A DNA stretch of 33,711 nucleotides, from positions 1 to 33,711 of the forward strand of contig ADNK01000960.1 in NCBI GenBank assembly GCA_000320545.1, in the 5' to 3' direction. The translations under genes were made by a program, and so were the position numbers. Every line of letters starts with the position of its first letter. Positions within the stretch are counted from its first letter, which is position 1. Source of the stretch: Bigelowiella natans CCMP2755 (Eukaryota; Protista; Cercozoa). The notes under the pieces were generated by a model. That model did no database searches, had not been told where the DNA came from, and saw nothing but the letters and a program-made list of their open reading frames with translations. Of this stretch, positions 24,088 to 33,711 are shown one piece after another.

Positions 24088-24805
24088 CTATTTCCCCCTC
24101 TGAATAGAAACGGGGAAAGATGCCGTCACTTCTGGATGCAGATTGACACGGACGTTGTACGTGTCAAGCTTATCCATGTTAGATGGAAGATCGATCGTCT
24201 TAGGATCCAGCTCAGTTCCAGTTTGAGCCTTAACAGCGTCGACAATGTCTTGCGACCTCACTCCTCCATACAGTTTGCCATCATCCTGAGCTTTCATTCG
24301 GATTGTGAACGATAGCATTTGTAGACCATCACGTAGCTTCAAAGCAGTATCCTTTGCTGCCTTTGCTTCAGCAATCTTCATTTCCTCCTCCACACGCAGT
24401 TGTTCCATGTATTCAGCTGTTGGCTGGGTTGCGATACCATTTGGAAGAAGATAATTTCTCCAGAAACCTGGCTTCACAGCAGTGATATCCCCCTTCTTTC
24501 CACTTCCTTTCACATCCTCCTTCAAGAGAACATCAACCATTTTCTTCCTTCTTGCGCTCATCGACTAAAAGTTACGAAAATTTATCAGCATAACATTTGT
24601 AGTAACCAATCTGGAGGCAAGGTACCGTGCATCTGCGCGAAGGGGTTATTCTCCACACTGGGGACGTCACCCTTGCATTATACTTCGTCGCAGGCAGTCC
24701 TATCTGTTGACTATATACTTGATGACACTCGAAAAGCGCCACTATTGCGCATATCACTGCGACGAAAATGAGCAGGAAAGGGGGGGTGGTGTGGCGGACC
24801 GCCAT
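24088..24805 (-). CDS. rpl9: Plastid-targeted 50S ribosomal protein L9 with bipartite leader; one 61-nt intron (24565-24625)
   Basis: VLLKEDVKGSGKKGDITAVKPGFWRNYLLPNG and GKLYGGV...VNLHPEV are bL9 signatures. Exon 1 MAVRHTTPPFLLIFVAVICAIVALF is a signal peptide followed by an Arg/Ser/Thr-rich stretch, and splices in frame (RRCT|SMSARRKK). Confidence 0.93.
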
Positions 24806-25330
24806 TCTTCGTCTGTGTACTGTGACGCTGTCAGCAGGAAAGTGCCCTGACAAAAAATTAAAGCGCTGCTCTTGGCATATTTCTATCGAATTTGGTGAAA
24901 TCTGCACTGTTCTTCCTCGAAATCCTCTGGTAAATTCCAATAACGGTATTTTCTCTGGAATACCGGCGGGGGTTATTTATCGAGGGGCGAATCGCAGGGG
25001 ATTCTGCTCGAAGATGTGCATGGACGTCCGACAACGACGAAGAATCGAAGAATTGAAGCGGACGACTTGTAAACTTGGGATTCGATAGGAGCGACAACAA
25101 ATTCGACCTCCGACTCGATATGTGCGACAACTCACGAGAAGAGAGTAACGCCTCAACGGTTCGAAGAGCGAATTTAGCTGGCTCCTAAAAACCCACGCCT
25201 CCTCCTTTTCAAGGGGGCCTTAGAACGCACTTCGCTCCGACCGCCAGAATAATGTACACGATGCTGACCAACTAAGCAGAGGCGAGAGGATATAGATCAA
25301 GAACCCGCGTTTTATCAAGCCGCCTAAGGA

Positions 25331-26267
25331 ATGGATCAACCGTCAGCTGGAGGTCGGTATTTTGGCATTATTGGCATTATAGATATTGATGGGCTGTATG
25401 CAACGTAGTGAAAATTGTTACATGTCCACAGCGGTTTGGGGAGATGGGGGGGGGATAATATTCTAGAACGAAAAAAGAGGCTATGGCATATTCTGCCGTT
25501 TCTCATTATTTTCTTTATTCTTCAGGAAGTCTTCTGAGCGATCTATCGGACGATGACGATGATCCTAGCCAGTTTAAAGTCGTTACTGCCGGTTCCGATT
25601 CCACCAAAGAGCAACAGACAAAGCCTTCTGGTGAACAGAAAACCAAGCCGGACGGGGCGAAGCAAGAGCATCAGGCAAAATCTGATCAAGAAGGAAAGAA
25701 AGAAGGCCTGTCGAAGGCAAGTAGTACAAGCGAACCAAAAGAGGAGGAGGGGGTTGGAGGAGCAAAGGATGAGGAAAATACATCCACAGAGACACCCAAT
25801 AAATCTAAATCTTCTCCTACTACTTCGCTAAAAGAAAAGAACAACGAGAACAAGGAGGTCCCACCGAAGAAGGATGCGGTGGAAAAGAAGTCCGCACAGC
25901 CGCAACCACAACCAGCACAAGTAGAATCAACTCAAGCTGAAGCGCCATCCAAAAAAGAGACCGCGGAAGAGAAATCACCCAACAAAACGCCTGAGGTCAA
26001 GACTGATTCTACGGTGGCGAGTCAATCTGAAGAGAAGGCAAAAGAGGATAAGAAGGCAAAAGAGGATGAGAAGGTAAAAAAAGAGGATGAGAAGACGAAG
26101 GAGGATAAGAAGGCGAAAGGCGATGCCAAGGAGAAAAGCGAGTCTACAGTAAGTCCGAACAAGGATGAGGGACGATTGAAGGCTAAGGAAACTGCAGAGA
26201 AGCCAAAACCAATAAGTCCGCAAAAAAAACCGCTTGAAAAAGTAAACATTAATAAATACTAAAAACG

Positions 26268-26318
<51 letters not shown>

Positions 26319-28205
26319 TTCTCACGCAACCTACCCTTCTCATTTTTAGGTCAAGCCGACTCCAAAAGTCAGTGGTTTAAATCTTGCGAGCGCCACGGCG
26401 TTAAATCTCAACAATAACGTTGCACCATTGCAAGGCATCGAGACTGCGAGGCGCGCATACGTAGACATGACACTGACTCTTCTGACACAACAACTTGAGA
26501 TGTCAATTCACCTAGTTTGTTGCAGTAAGTAGCCCTCACTGTGTTCCTAAATTTTCAGACAAACCGCGATGCGCCTAGAACTGCAAGAGCAGCTACTGCG
26601 CGAAAATATGGCGAGAAGAGCGCTAGATCACGCAGAAGAAGCAGCCAAGCTGACCGCGAAGCGATATACAAACGGCTAACAAGGAAGGCTCCGCGCAACA
26701 AGAGACTGGTTGAATATCCGCCTATTATCTGCTGTTGCGACTGACTAAATTCATTTCAGAAGATCACACTCTGCATAATTTTAACAGGAGGCACAGATGT
26801 ATAGTGAATGCAAATTCCAGCCTCAGATCAATAAGCATTCACAAGAAATTCTGAGCGAGAGTTGCAGACCCAAATTTCACAAACGGTTCTCGATGGAGTT
26901 TCATCCATCCTCATCAACATATTTCACATTTGCTTCCATATGTAGTGTGGAGGAGGTCATCGAGCAATATCATTCTGCAAAAGAAAGACTCAAAAAGAAG
27001 AAAAAGAAGTACCCTTTTTCTCCTCGCGTAAGTTTTCTTGTGAAGATCTGTCATTCTGTATTCCCCAATTTTCTTGAGAATGTTCCCTTCTTCAGTTGAA
27101 CTTAAAGGGCTACGAAAGTAAATTAAAGGGGAGAGGAAGGTACATATTGCGTTTTCTCTGCTGGTGCATATACTTACAGCAGTCGTATTTGAATTACTGC
27201 AGCTTCCTCGAAAGGGTCAAAGCTGACGCGACCTCTCGGGTAGAATAATTTTATATATGACAGTTTTTGCTCCTGCGCTTACTTGACAACAATTAACCTG
27301 CACAGAAAGAGAAGCTCAAAAAGACTCTAAAGAAGGTAACATTCGAATGGTTTTCAAGCTTCCAGGAAAGGAAAATGAGAGATGGATTTGAATTTGGCAG
27401 TACACAAAGGAGGAGACCTTTCATCCGAATATGACTGAAGAATTTCAAATGGAAGCCAATTCTAAGGTACTTATAATGAGTTCTACGTTCGTCCACAATT
27501 GTTTTTTCCTGAGATGTTTCAAAAAGAAATTGATGATGAATTTGCTTTTTAGCTGAAAAAGAAATACACGCCAAAGGGCGTATTCCTGGATCGAGTTAAG
27601 GACGATTTGAGTAATATTTGGCACGAGTTTTGCAATTATTATTTGATAACCTTCAGTTTTACTGATTGTATGGATGCGTGGAATTGCGTTTTTAGAGTCA
27701 CGCAAGGAGAAATTGAACGCAGCGATACTAAACTCTAAGTCAAAGGACAGCACTCTCACGTTTACTCCGCAAATAAATACCCGCAGCAAGAAGATAGTGG
27801 TATGGTATTCTTACATCGTTTATTAGTTGCCGTACACTTTCATGGTCTTTTTCAGACGTATTCCTCGGGTTTTTCCCGTGTGAGTGCCATCTTTGATTGC
27901 ATTGTATATTTCGTTTAGGGGGCATCACAGTCTTTCAACTCGTTTCAAGCTCGTTTAGAAGCGGACCAAGAAAAAAGAGAGCAGTGAGTTTTCAGATGAT
28001 TCTTCGTTTTTTAGATATTTCAATGGTGAATGTATCCTTGCAGGAGACGGAAAGACATAAACAAGATCCTCCGCAAAAGACCCAAAAAGGTATTTATATT
28101 GTTTCGATTCCAAGAAGATTCCGTACTTCAGCCTGATTTCACTTCTCCAATTAGAACAAGGACGAGTTGAGACGAATTTATAAGATTCTGAAGGGAAGAG
28201 ATTAG
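25331..28205 (+). CDS. Hypothetical protein with Lys/Glu-rich low-complexity N-half and recurring F-x-P-x-[IV] motifs, multi-exon
   Basis: Long exon 25527-26241. Motifs ECKFQPQINKHS, YPFSPRV, TLTFTPQINTRSKKI. Last exon NKDELRRIYKILKGRD* (TAG 28203-28205). Some internal splice sites uncertain. Confidence 0.65.
26270..26310. repeat. (CT)n microsatellite, intronic
   Basis: Direct read. Confidence 0.9.
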
Positions 28206-28556
28206 CACGATACCTCTGAACTTGTAGAGGTATGATCCGTGTGATCAAAATCGTGAGCGATATCGATGACTTAGTTTTGTTGAAAGTGCTACACACGGCT
28301 GGGTACATGTTGAGTTCGAAATTTGCAGCGTGGTGCCAGGAAACATCATGTTTGTTCTCATTTGATGTGTAAAGCATTTGTGGTTGTTCTTTACCCACGT
28401 TTATTTTAATTCGTCATTGCACGTTATAACAAATATAGTCATTGCACAGTTACATTAACGTGGCACAAGCTGTTACGCTGTGCTGCCAAGCCGCCCTGCG
28501 CGTACATGACTACACGCTGACCACAATACACTAGATTGTAAAATACATTATGTATA

Positions 28557-28638
28557 AGCGCTGTAGCTGCAGCCTTGCACAGTTGCATTAGGATGACAAT
28601 TGAAAAGATTGTAATGATTCTACATTGCATCCGTCTCA
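28557..28638 (+). mobile_element. Short 3'-end fragment (copy D) of the same non-LTR retrotransposon
   Basis: agcgctgtagctgcagccttgcacagttgcattaggatgacaattgaaaagatt...cattgcatccgtctca aligns with the reverse complement of 20884-20961. Confidence 0.8.
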
Positions 28639-28819
28639 CCTTATAATGATAGACATGCAATACACATTACACAATATATATAATATATATAGTGTATTGC
28701 TGTGTCTATTATTATACCTTAGAGGTTGCAGCTTTGTATTGCGTCGTCTGCGCGGGGAAGAATGCCATGGCTGCGGTGCTTAGTCTACAATGTACACATG
28801 CGCACGGCGTAGAGACAAT

Positions 28820-28862
28820 AATTGAAAAAAATGTAATCATTTCATTACGTACATCCGTCTTA
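28820..28862 (+). mobile_element. Very short 3'-end fragment (copy E) of the same retrotransposon
   Basis: aattgaaaaaaatgtaatcatttcatta(cgta)catccgtctta matches the last ~40 nt of copies A-D. Confidence 0.65.
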
Positions 28863-29202
28863 CACACAGCGCAGTGCACAGCCCCTCACGCATTCCAGCG
28901 CCCTACGTACACGCATGGCCTGGACCACCATGCATAGTGCCCGCTCATTTTTTGTTCTAGCCGTGACGTCTAGCTTGCAGCAGCTGACGAAGCACGATCA
29001 ACCGTCTTTCGGTTCAGCTATGTAGACGCGCGCATTGGAAGGCATTGAATGCCGTGTGCCGTAGTAGCATGCGCCGTACAATACGCATTTCTTTCTATTA
29101 TTGTCCCAAGCCAAGACCTAGCGGCCACCGGGTTGGAGGCCGCATCGAGGCGCTAACAATGGTTGGGCGACGGCGGCACACCGTCGGTCTAGCTCTGCTG
29201 TT

Positions 29203-29352
29203 TTATAAGAAGGGATAGAGAGCGTACTCCAGATAAAAGAGATTCCAAATCCTTGCGTAGAACTTCTTGATGCTGTTCGAGAGGAGAGGAGGAGGGTGTG
29301 GAGGTAGTTTCCGTAAGAGTAAAGAACCATTCAAACGACGATGACTATGCAG

Positions 29353-29395
<43 letters not shown>

Positions 29396-29942
29396 CATGT
29401 TTGTGTGTGTGTGTGTGTACTATTATATCTCATTGTCGAGCTGGCGTTGCCACATGTCCGATGATACCTGCTCTGCGAGTCGGGCTTCAAAAGCATGTAG
29501 TTTCTCAGCATCATCAGGGCCAGTACAGCCGTGCCCCCCAACCATCGTCCACATATTGAACGCCCCCTGTCACAGCAGTTTCGCAGTCAGAAACTCAAAC
29601 GACCGACGGCGGAAGAACAACGAACTACGCCCCCCCCCCCCCCCCCCTCCCCAATTTAGCAGGTAGGGAATTACTTGGAAGAGGAACGCCGAGGCAATGG
29701 CGTGCACGTAGTTCAGACCGAGAAGAGCAGAAGCTCCTGTTGCGACCTGGAAGGTAATGCTCATTAGAGATTGGTCGCATGATGACATGCGACGACGCTG
29801 TTCAAGATAGTCACCTTCTTGGGTCCAAGCCTCGTAGCAAACGTCTTGACACCGTACTCCTTGTCCCCCTTGTAGTAGTAGTAGTGGTAGTAGTAGTAGT
29901 AGCAGTAGTAGTAAAAAGTTAGAATACATGGCGCATAAGAAC

Positions 29943-29980
<38 letters not shown>

Positions 29981-32133
29981 TCAGTAATACAAACTGGCAT
30001 CACGCGTTGGAGAACCTTAATATCTGGGAGGTCTTTGGTCACCGCGATCACAAGGGCGAAGAGCGTCATAAATCGGGCCACGAACGAAACCGCTGGGGAC
30101 CAACTGCAATGATGAAAATGAGGAGGACACACATGTCAGGGTGACCCACCCTCTAAACGTTAACTGTTTGCTCACGACATAATACAGCGCCCAACGCAAT
30201 GCAGGTTAGGGTCACTAACAGAAAGTCCAATCCGAGAGCTTCACGGGTGGCGTAGTAGACCCCAAAATTGAGAAGAAATCCCCGGACCTATATATTGTGA
30301 AAGATACGTGTATAAGAACAAAGCTTATCGTTCAATAAGGAAAAGGAGATCGAGCAATTTTCGAAGTGTGATGGAAAGGGAAGATACCGTCGCGATTATA
30401 GCACCGGCAGCGATTGCATTTCGTTTCAGGAAAAATGGGGGTATCTGAAGGAAGAATATGAAGACAATAGACAATAGCAAAACATCCGAGGGTGAATTAT
30501 AGCGCAATGACACGTTTATGCGATGAATGAGCTGTGCCTCGAAAGTAAAATTGTTAGCTAAAATTAGGCAGCAGCACCGAGTATATGGTCCCGATAAACA
30601 AGCCGAAGGAATATCTGAACAAACAGCACTGTATCTCAACGCTATGAGCATTATGGGTCCAAACGTAGTAAGTAGAGCTGATTCAACCTTCTTCGGTAGC
30701 AATTCGAAATGCTAATGAAACTAGCATGCAATGGCAACTACTACTACGATCGACTTTACAGGGAGAAAATGAGGGTCCCAAATTTTGCGAAGCAAAGACC
30801 GAGCCCCGCCAGAGCGCTTCCAAGCACAAGTACCCAAGCTAATCGCTTTGAGATTTCGCCTGGTTGCACATTAACAAAGAGCAGCACCGAGAGGGGGAGA
30901 GGGAGAAGGGGGGGGGAGAGAGAGAGAAAGAGAGAGAGTGAGAGATCTATTATGCTTTTACGTGGTATATCACTGAAATGAGCGACATGTATAGCCGTGA
31001 ATGATCGATTACGAACCGGCTGCAATGGGAAGGAACGGCTTGTTGACTTTATCGATGTCCTTGTCAAAAATTTGATTGATACCTTATTACAAGAAACATA
31101 TATTTCGTCGTGAGATTATTACCAGAAACGTGGAAAGGAAGAATTCGATGTGGATCGGGATACTGCATGATTTCAATACGTTTAAGAGTAAATAATACCA
31201 ACGATGTAGACATTGCCAAGAAGCAAGGTGAGCAGTCCCAGAGCAGCACGGGGTATCAGCTGAGAAAGTATCATCTTCACGATCATCGAAATGCGATCTT
31301 ATTGAACCTGTCTACATGAGCATCGATAGCAAAATTTGATGATGCGGGCACTTGTCTTCTATCTAAATCCTGCTTCTCCCCTGCAGCACAAAACCATTTG
31401 AAATGGTACCTCGAGATTGATGGCATCTGGTGATCTGAGCTCGAGAAGAACCTAACAAAGGGTAGATTGACGGTTAGCTATTTATACCTCCACGAGCATG
31501 TTGTCAAGGATGGGGCTGATAATACCCTGGCCACGCCAGCAAATGAGGCGAGTACCGTCCCCCGAATTGTGTGCGGTCTGATCGATAACATGTCGGTCGG
31601 CTGTTCAAGAAGTGGTGCGGTATGGGAATGTATTCAGAGATTTTGTTGGTTTGCTTGACCTCGTAAATTTATACACTGATCTGAGGAGCCCCTTTCCCGT
31701 GGATGTATCCTACATTATGGTTGTTAATGCAAGCATTAGAAACATCGGTTCGTCGCAGATAGGAGCGGCTCTAATTACGAATTGCTGTACCTCTACCCCC
31801 CCCAAGGATGCGTCGCTCCTCCCCACCAAGTTTTCACGCCGAAGAGTCAACGATCGGTCATTGAATGAACGCAAGCTTGGTTTCGAAATGTCCGCCCTGT
31901 CGTTCAACAAAAGGCACACAAATTTCAACAAAGTTTGCACGAAATCACGACTCCTCTCCTCCTCCACGTTACCAGGTGCTAGGACATCGTTTTTGCATGC
32001 ACAGGCGCGATGTTGTTCGAGATAGCGCGGACATAGCCGCTGATTTAGACGCCGCAGGCACGGAGAGCAACGCGGTGAGAAGTAGAAATGCCCCCCTGGC
32101 AGCGGGGTTTCTTCTTCCAGGGCCACGTGTCAT
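29203..32133 (-). CDS. HST: Homogentisate solanesyltransferase (UbiA prenyltransferase, plastoquinone synthesis), plastid-targeted, multi-exon; apparent 1-nt frameshift near 29530
   Basis: [96 protein letters not shown]. Leader [29 protein letters not shown] + Ser/Arg-rich stretch. Confidence 0.9.
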
Positions 32134-32534
32134 CGTCGTCTTCTACAATGACTGCCTGTCGTCGTAGGATAGGGTATTGGATCTAGAGTTGCTCATTTCC
32201 AGTAACGCTGTCAATTTCGAAATTGCGACATCAAATTTATCGAAAATCTGATCGAAAATTACCTACATTTTCGCTCGACCCTACGTGTGGCTGCTGGCCG
32301 GCAGGTGCTGAAAACCGGGATCGCGACTGGGATTTGGGATTGCGGATCGCCCTTTGTCGCAGCTGCATCTGGGGGGCCATTGGCAACGATGTTGGTGGTT
32401 TCGTTGTCGCAGTTGCAATTAGCAGGTCGTTCAGTAGGAAAAACAAAGGTGTTCGGAAGTGATCGCTATCCCCACTACGTCATGCAGGTCCTGCTCGGTG
32501 CTTGACGGCTGCCGCGGGACTAGGGCCGCTCCTG

Positions 32535-33711
32535 ATGGCTAGCAAATGCATTGCCCTCACCGTCGGCATCGCCCTCGCCGTTATCACATGCGTCAGCATT
32601 GATGGAATGAGGAAAGGGGTGAAGAAGCCCCTCAACTCCTTTGGAGGGAGAGGAGACATCATCACAGACCCATTTCTAAATGTAATGATTATAGTATCTC
32701 TGTGTTATGTGCACACCATCGCCATTCACTCCAGCGCCACTAGCTTCCTCATGTTCGCACGGGTCGGGCAGGAGACAGAGACATTGAGAGATATAGATAG
32801 AATGGCCTGAACGAGCTACAAAGCTCCTTTTTGACCACCATACGCTAATACCACCGCAGAGAACGTCACGCGTCCAAGAAAATTTCGTCATCTTCGACAC
32901 CACCAGCAATGAAAATGATGAAGACGAAGTGGAAGTTGATCGAAAGGGCCACCATCCTGCAAATCCTGATGCTACTAGCAGAACCGGGGACGAATGCGAC
33001 ACATGGTGAGAAGAAGCCAGTGGCAACATAGAAGACATCTTAGTGGGTTATTGTCACGTGTAAAATGGCTCTCTCCCCCTCCCCCTACCCCTCATCTTCC
33101 CCCATATGATATCCATCTGCATTGTCTGTGTATGGAACAAAACGCTCCTCTGGATGAGTCTCTGTTGTTCTCAGGAATTGCACATGCCAAGGAGCTTCGG
33201 ACCTGTATAGAATCAGCCATCGTCTCAAGTAAGTGTTATGAAGAAGAGGGAGAGAGACCGTGTCGTCTGTCGTGTCTCTGATTGAACTTTTATCGTTCTA
33301 TTGACGACTCAGGTCATTCGCCAAATCTCCTGCGAACGTGCGCCAATGGTGGCATCGCCACAAATGTGCGTGAGTAGTAGTAACACTATCAGCAGCAGTA
33401 GCAGTAGGCATCAAACCATCTACATAGTGTAGTAGCACTTCACAGCAAACACACTGCATCTTGAATGGATTGGTAGCGGTAGAAAAGGAAGAGGACGAAG
33501 AAGAAGAAGAAGAAGAAGAAGAAGAAGAAGAAGAAGAACAACATCAGCTCTAGAATCATCAATGTTGTGTTGTTAATATTGCGACGTAGCTAAAGTAGTA
33601 AATAGCAGCAACGTTATACTGCAGCATGAGATTCAACGTTTGAAACACCAATCAGGCAACACGAACCCACCGCCCATTCTGAAGAGGCCAGCGGAAAATG
33701 ACCACGGTGGT
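32535..33711 (+). CDS. 5' part of a probably secreted hypothetical protein with a small Cys/Trp module
   Basis: Hydrophobic leader MASKCIALTVGIALAVITCVSIDG. Spliced exons give DECDTW|NCTCQGASDLYRISHRLK|SFAKSPANVRQWWHRHKC. Runs off the window. Confidence 0.45.

Noticed and set aside
1-33711. tRNA, rRNA or snRNA genes
   Set aside because: None recognised by eye; a covariance-model scan (tRNAscan-SE, Infernal/Rfam) would be needed to exclude them.

Overview
Intron-dense eukaryotic nuclear DNA, most likely from an alga with a complex (secondary) plastid: two plastid proteins carry signal peptide + transit-peptide-like leaders, and a chlorarachniophyte is my inference. Nine genes or gene fragments alternate strictly in strand (+,-,+,-,+,-,+,-,+): the 3' end of an unknown gene, a large secreted HYR-repeat protein, a Pro-rich unknown, a PIH1-domain protein, importin beta-1, plastid ribosomal protein L9, a Lys/Glu-rich FxPxI-repeat protein, homogentisate solanesyltransferase and a partial secreted protein. 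The mobile DNA I found lies only between convergent 3' ends: a 5'-truncated non-LTR retrotransposon, four more short copies of its 3' end, a CACTA-terminated MITE and a small hairpin insertion. The main observation is that the repeats have been almost stripped of TpA dinucleotides by TA->TG and TA->CA changes on both strands (about 9 TpA in 2.6 kb, Tyr->Cys/His at conserved RT motifs, inferred stop TAA->CAA). Sister copies inside the window show the substitutions directly. This points to a repeat-targeted A:T->G:C hypermutation system, the mirror image of fungal RIP, accompanied by small palindrome-forming insertions at TA sites. All counts and splice models were made by eye.
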